Shown here in pieces: positions 20,416-27,935 of a stretch of DNA of 64,000 nt. The DNA lies in the IMG/VR virus record IMGVR_UViG_3300027759_000056, positions 32,001-96,000 of that record; one strand, given 5' to 3'. The notes beneath the pieces are model-generated. The model did no database searches. It saw only the letters and a list, made by a program, of their open reading frames with translations, and was not told where the DNA came from. Made by a program: the position numbers and the translations under genes. Within the stretch, counting starts at the first letter, position 1. Each line of letters begins with the position of its first letter. The DNA is from a virus.

Positions 20416-20426
20416 GTTCTTTGACA
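20416..20426 (+). promoter_or_regulatory. boxA-like antitermination element
   Basis: GTTCTTTGACA; near-identical copies precede array 2 and the tmRNA. Confidence 0.6.
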
Positions 20427-20443
20427 TGTTGGTAATCAAAAAT

Positions 20444-20516
20444 GGGACGGTAGCAAAGATGGTCAATGCGCTGGACTGAAAATCCAGTCATGGTGGTTCG
20501 AGTCCACCCCGTCCCA
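20444..20516 (+). tRNA. tRNA-Phe(GAA)
   Basis: CTGGA-CTGAAAA-TCCAG arm, cloverleaf. Confidence 0.9.
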
Positions 20517-20524
20517 CAATACAT

Positions 20525-20601
20525 TGGTGATTAGCTCAGTTGGTTAGAGCACTACGCTGATACCGTAGGGGTCACAGGTTCAAATCCTGTATCACCAACC
20601 A
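20525..20601 (+). tRNA. tRNA-Ile(GAT)
   Basis: CTACG-CTGATAC-CGTAG arm, encoded CCA. Confidence 0.92.
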
Positions 20602-20606
20602 TAAAT

Positions 20607-20677
20607 TACCCTTTCGTCTAACGGCAGGACGAGTGGTTTTGGTCCACTTAGTGGAGGTTCGAATCCTTCAGGGGTAA
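20607..20677 (+). tRNA. tRNA-Gln(TTG)
   Basis: AGTGG-TTTTGGT-CCACT arm, U1-A72. Confidence 0.9.
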
Positions 20678-20683
20678 CAATAT

Positions 20684-20757
20684 GACTTCGTAGCTCAATT
20701 GGCTAGAGCACCGTGCTTTTAACACGGGGGTTTCGGGTTCAAGTCCCGATGGGGTCA
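20684..20757 (+). tRNA. tRNA-Lys(TTT)
   Basis: CCGTG-CTTTTAA-CACGG arm. Confidence 0.92.
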
Positions 20758-20763
20758 CAATAT

Positions 20764-20836
20764 CTTTCCTTAGCTCAGTTGGAAGAGCACTTGGCTTACA
20801 TCCAAGATGTCGTTGGTTCAAATCCAACAGGAAAGA
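20764..20836 (+). tRNA. tRNA-Val(TAC)
   Basis: CTTGG-CTTACAT-CCAAG arm. Confidence 0.9.
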
Positions 20837-20843
20837 CAAAAAT

Positions 20844-20925
20844 GCCAGTATCGCATAGCGGCAATTGCGGCGGATTGTAAACCCGCTCTCATTTGAGTTC
20901 GTAGGTTCGAGTCCTACTGCTGGCA
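20844..20925 (+). tRNA. tRNA-Tyr(GTA)
   Basis: GCGGA-TTGTAAA-CCCGC arm, long variable arm. Confidence 0.9.
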
Positions 20926-20987
20926 CAAAACTTATAATCCTCCAAAACTCACTTTTTTTACTAGTTTTGGAGAGTTATAGAATATAA

Positions 20988-21061
20988 GTCCATATGCCTG
21001 AGAGGTTCAAAGGGACAGTCTGCAAAACTGTTATTCGTTGGTTCGATTCCAACTATGGACT
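20988..21061 (+). tRNA. tRNA-Cys(GCA)
   Basis: ACAGT-CTGCAAA-ACTGT arm, U73. Confidence 0.9.
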
Positions 21062-21063
21062 CT

Positions 21064-21138
21064 GTGACTGTAGTTCAGTGGTAGAGCATCGGCTTGTGGT
21101 GCCGAGTGTCGTGGGTTCGAATCCCATCAGTCACCCCA
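21064..21138 (+). tRNA. tRNA-His(GTG)
   Basis: TCGGC-TTGTGGT-GCCGA arm, C73, encoded CCA. Confidence 0.92.
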
Positions 21139-21143
21139 AATAC

Positions 21144-21226
21144 GGAAGTGGTCCGAATGGACGAGGACACCGCCTTGAAAGCGGCTGGCTGTAAAAGGCT
21201 TGGGGGTTCGATTCCCTTCTCTTCCG
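21144..21226 (+). tRNA. tRNA-Ser(TGA)
   Basis: CCGC-CTTGAAA-GCGG arm, long variable arm, G73. Confidence 0.88.
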
Positions 21227-21234
21227 CAAAAAAT

Positions 21235-21309
21235 GGTTCCTTAGTTTAATTGGATAAAACATCTCGCTACGGACGAGAAGATGTGGGGGTTCGAATCCCT
21301 CAGGAATCA
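21235..21309 (+). tRNA. tRNA-Arg(ACG)
   Basis: TCTCG-CTACGGA-CGAGA arm. Confidence 0.9.
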
Positions 21310-21316
21310 CAACTAC

Positions 21317-21387
21317 GTAAGTGTGGTGTAATGGTAGCATAAAGGTCTCCAAAACTTTTGGCGAGGGTTCGAGTCCTTCCACTTGCG
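21317..21387 (+). tRNA. tRNA-Trp(CCA)
   Basis: AAGGT-CTCCAAA-ACTTT arm, G73. Confidence 0.9.
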
Positions 21388-21393
21388 CAAAAT

Positions 21394-21475
21394 ACCAAAG
21401 TGGCGTAACGGTAGCCGCATTAGTCTTAGAAACTAATGTCCTAAGGGCGTGTGGGTTCGACTCCCACCTTTGGTA
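21394..21475 (+). tRNA. tRNA-Leu(TAG)
   Basis: TTAGT-CTTAGAA-ACTAA arm, long variable arm. Confidence 0.92.
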
Positions 21476-21486
21476 CAAAAATAAAT

Positions 21487-21568
21487 TGGCAGGTAGCCTA
21501 GAGGTCAGGCAGCAGACTGTTAATCTGCGACGGAAACGTCTACGTGGGTTCGATTCCCACCCTGTCAG
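21487..21568 (+). tRNA. tRNA-Asn(GTT) with atypical long variable arm
   Basis: GCAGA-CTGTTAA-TCTGC arm; GACG-GAAA-CGTC variable hairpin. Confidence 0.85.
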
Positions 21569-21613
21569 CAAAATATTTTTTGTAAAGTCAAATATCTGTT
21601 GTATATTTGTTGT

Positions 21614-22090
21614 ATGGAAAAGGGGTTTATATCATCTTCAAAAGCAATCAAAGGATATACTGAATCAAAAATTGCCAAATCTGAAAACAACGATTGTGTT
21701 GTTAGAGCAATTGCATCAGCTGCGGATATGGATTATGATTCCGCCCACCAATTCGTTAAAGAAACATTCAATAGAAAAAATGGTAAAGGTACTTTTGGAC
21801 TTGGTACTGGTATGAATTTGTTGTCAAAGAATGGTAAACAAATTAACGGTAAAAACATTCAAATTATTTCTGAAGAACACAACACCATGTTGTATTATGT
21901 GGTAGTTAAAGGTGTAAAAAAATTAAGAGCAACAACAACCGCATCATTCATCAAAAAACACCCTGTTGGTTCTTATGTGGTTGTTGTTAAAGGTCATGCG
22001 TTTACCATCAAAGATGGTGTTGTTATTGGTAACCCTGATGATGGTAAAAAAATGAAAAAACACATTACAGGGGCTTGGAAAATTGGATAA
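21614..22090 (+). CDS. conserved phage hypothetical protein (DCVVRA motif)
   Basis: NNDCVVRAIASA...GHAFTIKDG; TATATTTG promoter at 21602. Confidence 0.65.
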   Translation: MEKGFISSSKAIKGYTESKIAKSENNDCVVRAIASAADMDYDSAHQFVKETFNRKNGKGTFGLGTGMNLLSKNGKQINGKNIQIISEEHNTMLYYVVVKGVKKLRATTTASFIKKHPVGSYVVVVKGHAFTIKDGVVIGNPDDGKKMKKHITGAWKIG

Positions 22091-22117
22091 TATGTTTTAA
22101 CTTTGTATAACAATAAT

Positions 22118-22191
22118 GGTGTGGTAGCTCAGCAGGTAGAGCAGTAGATTGAAACCCTACGTGCCACGTGGTTCGATTCCCGTTCACACCA
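22118..22191 (+). tRNA. tRNA-Phe(GAA), second copy with irregular T-stem
   Basis: GGTGTGG/TCACACC acceptor, GTAG-ATTGAAACC-CTAC arm; own TAACTTTG promoter. Confidence 0.7.
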
Positions 22192-22195
22192 CAAA

Positions 22196-22330
22196 ATAAT
22201 TAGATGGGCGTAATGAGGGATGGTACCCGAGTCCCCAAGATTGGAGGTCACCAGTAATAGGTGGCCGTTGCGTCGTAAGGTTGTCTAATCCGTCCTGAAC
22301 GGTATTCGGTTCGAGTCCGACTCTAATTAT
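22196..22330 (+). ncRNA. tRNA-like structured RNA A (acceptor-like stem plus T-arm, expanded core)
   Basis: ATAATTAGA/TCTAATTAT closing stem; TCGG-TTCGAGT-CCGA T-arm; internal GGTCACC/GGTGGCC hairpin. Confidence 0.6.
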
Positions 22331-22336
22331 GAAAAA

Positions 22337-22402
22337 CTAACCCAGTTTCACAATGAGGGCTGATACCTTCGGAGTGGGGGTGACGGTCAGGAAAGACTGA
22401 CA
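22337..22402 (+). ncRNA. small structured RNA resembling C4/CI antisense RNA
   Basis: CAGTTTC-ACAAT-GAGGGCTG and CTTCGG hairpins; 3' TGACG-GTCAG-GAAAGA-CTGAC. Confidence 0.4.
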
Positions 22403-22407
22403 ACCAT

Positions 22408-22565
22408 AGTCAGGTGGCGGAATTGGTAGACGATAATGGAGTTATACTATCAAACACAGAGGGTGCGGCGTAGATGGGAACTACTACATTATCTCTTGGA
22501 CGCAAGAGAGCAATATAACCCTAACCATTTGGTATAACGTGTAGGTTCGAATCCTACCCTGACTA
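22408..22565 (+). ncRNA. tRNA-like RNA C with about 100 nt replacing the anticodon arm
   Basis: AGTCAGG/CCTGACT-A acceptor, Leu-type D arm TGGCGGAATTGGTAGACG, GTAGG-TTCGAAT-CCTAC T-arm. Confidence 0.7.
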
Positions 22566-22566
22566 C

Positions 22567-22660
22567 AAAAACATAAACTCAAGTACCCACACAGTGGTGA
22601 GACGGGCTAAGTAAGATACAATTCCTCGGAACTGGGAGTAGAGAGCTTGAGAGTGTTTTT
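22567..22660 (+). ncRNA. small structured RNA D
   Basis: AAAACAT..CTCAAG / CTTGAG..GTGTTTT closing helix around a GC-richer core. Confidence 0.4.
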
Positions 22661-22671
22661 TAATTAAAAAT

Positions 22672-23355
22672 ATGAAAAATTTAGTAAAAGCAATTATTTT
22701 GGTCATTGTTATAGGAATTTTAGGTTTCATAACAAGTTGGAAAGTTTGGGGTAACAATAAACCAATTGAAGATACCGTTAAAATTGATACGGTAAAAATT
22801 AAACCACAAGACACAATTGTGGATGTTAAAGGAAAATACGTTCTTTTTATTGGTGATTCACATACATCAAATCCTAATGGATGGCAAACAATCTTATCCA
22901 ACAAAACAAAGATGAGAATGAATAACATTTCTGTTGGTGGAAAAACTACAGGTTGGATGTTAGAAAGGGCAAAAGAATCAATTCACGAGAATTTAGATTA
23001 TTGTTTTATCTATGGTGGTGCCAATGATATGTTTAACAGTAAAATTACTATTGAAAGTGCCATAAAGAACATTCAAAGAATTGTTAATATTTGTAATTCC
23101 AAAGGTGTTAAACCAGTTGTGATTACGGGATTTGACCCCCTTACTTGTATTAACACACCAGAAAATCCAAACTATAAATTTAAGTATTCCAAATTTCAGA
23201 ATGAATTGATTAAAAAAATTGTTGGTGGAAAGGTGATTAATACTCGTGTGATTACAAAATCGGATTGTTGGGATGGACTTTGTCATATGGCACCATCAGG
23301 ACATAAAAAAATTGGAAATTGTGTTATCAAAGAAATGAAGTTTAAGACATATTAA
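22672..23355 (+). CDS. membrane-anchored SGNH/GDSL hydrolase
   Basis: FIGDSHT, GGAND, DGLCH motifs; N-terminal TM helix. Confidence 0.85.
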   Translation: MKNLVKAIILVIVIGILGFITSWKVWGNNKPIEDTVKIDTVKIKPQDTIVDVKGKYVLFIGDSHTSNPNGWQTILSNKTKMRMNNISVGGKTTGWMLERAKESIHENLDYCFIYGGANDMFNSKITIESAIKNIQRIVNICNSKGVKPVVITGFDPLTCINTPENPNYKFKYSKFQNELIKKIVGGKVINTRVITKSDCWDGLCHMAPSGHKKIGNCVIKEMKFKTY

Positions 23356-23376
23356 CACATCAGTATATTTATTGAT

Positions 23377-23814
23377 ATGGAAATTACAAAAAGAGACCTT
23401 TTAAATGGTTTATCATCAAAATCAAATCCAGCAACTGAAACTGCAGATGTGGTTGATATGATTGCAACATTACTTCATTCAAGAAATCAGGCTCATGTTT
23501 TTCATTGGCAAACAAAATCACAATCATCATTTGCTGAACATATGGCCTTAGGTACGTATTACGATGAGATTGTTGAATTAATTGATAATATTGTTGAAAG
23601 TTATCAAGGAAAATACGAAATAATTACTGGTTATAAAACAATTAAAACAGTTGATTATAAATCAACAGAACAAGTAATATCTTATTTTAAAGAATTAGAT
23701 GAAAATATTGAAAAAAATAGAACATCGGTTAAAGAATCCTATATTCAAAATCAAATTGATGGAGTTCAAGAATTGATTTACTCAACATTATACAAATTAA
23801 GATTCTTAAAATAA
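23377..23814 (+). CDS. ferritin/Dps-like phage protein (DUF5856-like)
   Basis: HVFHWQT..FAEHMALGTYYD..D.IVESYQGKY..STLYKLRFL. Confidence 0.75.
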   Translation: MEITKRDLLNGLSSKSNPATETADVVDMIATLLHSRNQAHVFHWQTKSQSSFAEHMALGTYYDEIVELIDNIVESYQGKYEIITGYKTIKTVDYKSTEQVISYFKELDENIEKNRTSVKESYIQNQIDGVQELIYSTLYKLRFLK

Positions 23815-23849
23815 TTGACGAATCACGGTTTTAAACATATATTTGCCTC

Positions 23850-24461
23850 ATGGCTAAATACACACTTAATACCTATGGATGGTCTTTTGAGGCTATCTGC
23901 AAATCTCTAACTGACGAACAAGTCCAAATTATTAAAGACAAAATGGAAGAAGAAGGTTTTTCGGAACTCCATGAAATCCGTTTTGATTTGGATGAACTAT
24001 TGGACCTTGATTTTTGGGACGGTGAAATATTTCACAAAACCGAAGCGTTTGACAATGGTACAATGCACTTTGAACTTCTTGATGAAGAAGAAAATAAAGT
24101 ATTAGAGTTTGGTATTGGTGAAACCGCCGACTTATACGAAACAATTGAAGATTTTGAAGAAAAGTATGAGTATAGAGGTTATAGTCCGATTCCTGAAGAA
24201 AAAGGACCAACCAATTTGTATTTAAGCATAGATGAAAACAAAGGTGGGATTTTTACATTCAAACTTGAATCTGATACCATACCGACACCATCGGATTTTA
24301 CTTACTCAACAGGTTCAATAGACACAACTGATGGTGATTATGATTTTATTGACAAAATTTTCTTTAAAGGACAACCATTAGAAATTGAAGATTGTTTGGA
24401 TAATTCAGGGAAATCATCCTCATGTATGATTTATACATTGGATGGTGAAACCATAGAATAA
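23850..24461 (+). CDS. acidic hypothetical protein
   Basis: Intact ORF; TATATTTG promoter at 23838. Confidence 0.6.
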   Translation: MAKYTLNTYGWSFEAICKSLTDEQVQIIKDKMEEEGFSELHEIRFDLDELLDLDFWDGEIFHKTEAFDNGTMHFELLDEEENKVLEFGIGETADLYETIEDFEEKYEYRGYSPIPEEKGPTNLYLSIDENKGGIFTFKLESDTIPTPSDFTYSTGSIDTTDGDYDFIDKIFFKGQPLEIEDCLDNSGKSSSCMIYTLDGETIE

Positions 24462-24465
24462 TTAT

Positions 24466-24539
24466 GGCGAGGTAGCTCAGTCGGTTAGAGCGCAGGATTC
24501 ATAACCCTGAGGTGGGGGGTTCAATTCCCTCCCTCGCTA
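24466..24539 (+). tRNA. tRNA-Met(CAT), elongator type
   Basis: GGCGAGG/CCTCGCT acceptor, CAGG-ATTCATAAC-CCTG arm. Confidence 0.88.
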
Positions 24540-24568
24540 CAAATACATAATTGTGAGTATTTATATAT

Positions 24569-26122
24569 ATGATTTTATTTGAAGGTCGTAAGGAAGACTC
24601 ATTTAAGAAATTCCAAAAAAGTATTGATGGTGAAAGAAAGATGATATCCACTTACATGGATGATGCGTCTGCGTATGATTTTTTAATTGGTGAACCTTTT
24701 ATAAAAGAGACTAATTACAAATATCTTAATGATATTTTGGATTATTATTATACCGTAAATTATTATTCAGGTGAAGCTGAGCCTTTAGACAAAGACAAAG
24801 CAAGAAATCTAATATTTGGAATGAGGAGTGAAATTGACAAGATTGTTGCTTCTTTAGAAACATTTGAAAAACACAAATCCAAATTCAAATATCCTGAGTT
24901 TAGAAAATACAATACAAATATAGAAGATTTTTTTAAGGAAGCTCAAAAGATTAAAACTGACGTTGAGACCAAACAGATTGAAAAATCCGCCAAGAAAGAA
25001 ATAGATAAAATTTTTGAAAACGATACGTTGTTGGTTATAAAACCAAAATCATTTACAGCATCTTGTTATTATGGTTCAGGTACAAAATGGTGTACAACAA
25101 TGAAAGGTAATCCATCGTACTTTAATCAATATAGCTCAAGTGGAAACTTGTATTATTTAATATTAAAAAATGTTGATAGAAGTAACAAGTTTTACAAAAT
25201 GGCTATTCACGCACCAAAGAATAAAAGATTTGATGAAGCTTCAATTTGGTACGATTCAACTGACGAAAGATTAACATCAAGAGAAAAAGAATCTGTATTA
25301 GCTCATATGCCAAAAGACGCTTATAATGCAATGGTTAATGACTATAAAACTTCATTCCCTGAAGAGAATCCAATAGATATTATTTACAAGATAATGCCAA
25401 ATGTGAACCAAAATGTGGATGATTATGTATATAAATTCAAAGGTGGTGAAATAGAATTGGCAATTGATTCACCTGAGATTGAAGATACTGACACAAATAG
25501 TCTTAGAATTAGTTCTACTTGGGGTATATCGGAACAAAGAAATGGTAAAGAGGTTTATCATGAAGATGGTGCCATTGATTGTTATTTGGAATCTTATCCA
25601 AATCAAGTGTTATTACCAAACTATTACATAGTTAAAATAAGTTATGAGATAATACCATATTCAGATACTAAAATTGTTGAAAGATATGATGGTACTACAA
25701 CATTACAACTTGACAACGAAAGAAAAAACGACCCAGAATATGTTAGAATACAACTTAACGGTGCATTAAAACAAATATTTGACGGTTTCCAAAATAAAAT
25801 GGAGTATAGACTTAGAAATGATGAGGATTTATTAGAGAAATATCCACCAACAAAGTCTAAAGCTTATACCATGTCAAAATACACCTTCACAGGTAAAGGA
25901 GCGTTAACCAAAGCATTTATGGAATATCTTAAAAACATTCCTGAAGGTAAGGTCGGTAATAAGAACGAATTTTTAACTCAAATAGGTAGAAGAAGTGGTC
26001 CTGGTCAATATAGTAGTTTCTTTTCAGCGTCAAATATGGCAGGTATTAGTGCCAGACAAGGAAAAAGTGGTTTGGTTAAAGGACCAAACTTTGACAAATT
26101 TTACAAGAAAATATTTGAATAA
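24569..26122 (+). CDS. probable head-packaged protein with 'YGSGTKWCT' domain
   Basis: MILFEGRKED N-terminus; ASCYYGSGTKWCTT motif; TATTTAT upstream. Confidence 0.6.
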   Translation: MILFEGRKEDSFKKFQKSIDGERKMISTYMDDASAYDFLIGEPFIKETNYKYLNDILDYYYTVNYYSGEAEPLDKDKARNLIFGMRSEIDKIVASLETFEKHKSKFKYPEFRKYNTNIEDFFKEAQKIKTDVETKQIEKSAKKEIDKIFENDTLLVIKPKSFTASCYYGSGTKWCTTMKGNPSYFNQYSSSGNLYYLILKNVDRSNKFYKMAIHAPKNKRFDEASIWYDSTDERLTSREKESVLAHMPKDAYNAMVNDYKTSFPEENPIDIIYKIMPNVNQNVDDYVYKFKGGEIELAIDSPEIEDTDTNSLRISSTWGISEQRNGKEVYHEDGAIDCYLESYPNQVLLPNYYIVKISYEIIPYSDTKIVERYDGTTTLQLDNERKNDPEYVRIQLNGALKQIFDGFQNKMEYRLRNDEDLLEKYPPTKSKAYTMSKYTFTGKGALTKAFMEYLKNIPEGKVGNKNEFLTQIGRRSGPGQYSSFFSASNMAGISARQGKSGLVKGPNFDKFYKKIFE

Positions 26123-26150
26123 TTCTTATTAGTGTCTTATACTTTTGATA

Positions 26151-27419
26151 ATGGAAAAATTATCAAATGTAGGGAACAATATTGTGGGCTCTGAAATTAT
26201 TAAAATCTCACAACAAATCAAAGAAATTGCTAAAACAAAATCAGTATCTAACCTAACCATAGGTGACTTTAATTCCAAACTATGGCCAATACCCTCAAAA
26301 TTAAGAGAACACATTCAAGATGCGTATGAGTGGGATTTAACCAACTATCCAAACTCACAAGGAGAACTTGAATTAAGAGAATCCGTATCCAAACACATTA
26401 AACATCAGTTCAATGTTGATTATTCACCTGAAGAAATATTAATTGGTGGTGGAGTTCGTCCATTAATTTATACGGTTTATAAAGCCACGGTAAATCCAAA
26501 TGAAGAGGTGATTTATCCTGTACCATCTTGGAATAATAACCACTATTGTTTTTTACATAACGCAAAAAAAGAAGAAATTGAATGTACACCTGAAAATTCA
26601 TTTTTCCCAACCGTTGAAGATGTTGACGGCAGAATAAGTGATAAAACATCATTGGTTTGTATTTGTTCACCGCAAAATCCAACAGGTCGTGTAATTGACC
26701 CCGAAGTTCTGAAAGGTATTTGTGAGTTGATTGTGAGAGAAAATAAAATCAGGTCAACACAAGTAGGTTCAAGACCATTGTATTTGTTCTTTGACCAGAT
26801 TTATTCTGACATCACCAAAGAAGGTTTGTTTATCCACCCATTAACTTTATGTCCTGAAATCAGAGATTATTTGATTTGTGCTGATGGTATTTCAAAGTCA
26901 TTAAACGCAACTGGTGTTCGTGTTGGTTGGTTGTTTGGTCCAAAAGATATTATTGGAAAGATGACCGAAGTTTTGTCTCACATTGGAGCATGGGCTCCAA
27001 AACCTGAACAACGAGCATTGGATGCGTACATCAGAGAAGATTATGAAGATTACATTTCTCACATTAACTATGTAACAAAATCGTACGAATTTATATCAGA
27101 TAAAATATGTGGTAAGTTGGAAGAATTGAAAAACAAAGGTCATAATGTTGATTACCAAAAACCTGATGGTGGAATTTATATTTCGGTTTATTTGGGTTAT
27201 GTTCATTCATTTCCAACAACTGAAGAGTATATTTCGTTCTTAATTAATACCTGTGGGTTGGGAATTGTTCCGTTTGAATATTTTGGTTCAAAGAGTAACA
27301 AAGGATGGTTTAGAATATCAATTGGTAATGTTGCCGAGTTAAATTTGGACTCAATTATTAAAACAATTGAAAATTCTGTACAAAAATCAGTAAGTTATGT
27401 AAATTCTTTAGCATTTTAA
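26151..27419 (+). CDS. PLP-dependent class I/II aminotransferase (aspartate aminotransferase-like)
   Basis: CSPQNPTG, FDQIY, DGISKSLNATGVRVGW (PLP Lys), GWFRIS. Confidence 0.9.
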   Translation: MEKLSNVGNNIVGSEIIKISQQIKEIAKTKSVSNLTIGDFNSKLWPIPSKLREHIQDAYEWDLTNYPNSQGELELRESVSKHIKHQFNVDYSPEEILIGGGVRPLIYTVYKATVNPNEEVIYPVPSWNNNHYCFLHNAKKEEIECTPENSFFPTVEDVDGRISDKTSLVCICSPQNPTGRVIDPEVLKGICELIVRENKIRSTQVGSRPLYLFFDQIYSDITKEGLFIHPLTLCPEIRDYLICADGISKSLNATGVRVGWLFGPKDIIGKMTEVLSHIGAWAPKPEQRALDAYIREDYEDYISHINYVTKSYEFISDKICGKLEELKNKGHNVDYQKPDGGIYISVYLGYVHSFPTTEEYISFLINTCGLGIVPFEYFGSKSNKGWFRISIGNVAELNLDSIIKTIENSVQKSVSYVNSLAF

Positions 27420-27476
27420 TTGACACTTTTCAAAAGTTTGATATATTTAATAAGAAATTAAATAATAATACATTCA

Positions 27477-27545
27477 ATGATTACCATCAACATATTCGGC
27501 ACACCAGCAACAGAGGCTGATACTTCCAAAGTGGAGATGGGATAA
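27477..27545 (+). CDS. leader peptide 2, MITINIFGTPATEADTSKVEMG (attenuator of tRNA array 2)
   Basis: 22-codon ORF after ATATTTAATA; GAGATGGG (27534-27541) is complementary to terminator 5' arm CCCATCTC; amino acids match the downstream tRNAs. Confidence 0.75.
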   Translation: MITINIFGTPATEADTSKVEMG

Positions 27546-27566
27546 TATTGTAAAAAAATATCTTAC

Positions 27567-27598
27567 AAAAACCCATCTCAAAAGGATGGGTTTTTTTT
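27567..27598 (+). terminator. attenuator terminator upstream of tRNA array 2
   Basis: AAAAACCCATC-TCAAAAG-GATGGGTTTTTTTT. Confidence 0.88.
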
Positions 27599-27605
27599 GT
27601 GTTTG

Positions 27606-27677
27606 TTTGGCAGTATCAAAAAAATGTATTAACTTTGTAGTGTTGAAAAACACAACAGAACAAAAAAGTTCTTTGAC
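27606..27677 (+). promoter_or_regulatory. Bacteroidota-type promoter plus boxA-like element
   Basis: TTTG 27606, TAACTTTG 27630-27637, GTTCTTTGAC 27668-27677. Confidence 0.65.
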
Positions 27678-27696
27678 GTATTGGTAAGAAAAAATT

Positions 27697-27768
27697 GCTC
27701 GGTTCATCTATCGGTTAGGATGCTAGGTTTTCATCCTAGAAAGAGGGGTTCGACTCCCCTACCGAGTA
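27697..27768 (+). tRNA. tRNA-Glu(TTC)
   Basis: CTAGG-TTTTCAT-CCTAG arm. Confidence 0.9.
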
Positions 27769-27777
27769 CAAATAAAT

Positions 27778-27852
27778 AGCGGGGTGGAGCAGAGGTAGCT
27801 TGCGAGGCTCATAACCTTGAGGTCACAGGTTCGAATCCTGTCCCCGCTACCA
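27778..27852 (+). tRNA. tRNA-Met(CAT), initiator-like body with A1-U72
   Basis: AGCGGGG/CCCCGCT-A-CCA; CGAGG-CTCATAA-CCTTG. Confidence 0.9.
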
Positions 27853-27860
27853 AAATAAAT

Positions 27861-27934
27861 CGCGAGTTGGTGTAATGGTAACATAATGGGCTCATAACCC
27901 ATAGTTCCGAGTTCGAGTCTCGGGTTCGCAACCA
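27861..27934 (+). tRNA. tRNA-fMet(CAT)
   Basis: C1:A72 mismatch, GGG/CCC anticodon stem, encoded CCA. Confidence 0.9.
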
Positions 27935-27935
27935 A

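Noticed and set aside
20648-21815. ORF-track proteins overlapping tRNA array 1, and likewise 16168-16434 and 27759-27968
   Set aside because: They are translations of tRNA genes.
22408-22565. Group I intron in tRNA-Leu
   Set aside because: The insert (about 100 nt) is too short and lacks recognisable P7/catalytic core; kept as an unknown tRNA-like RNA.
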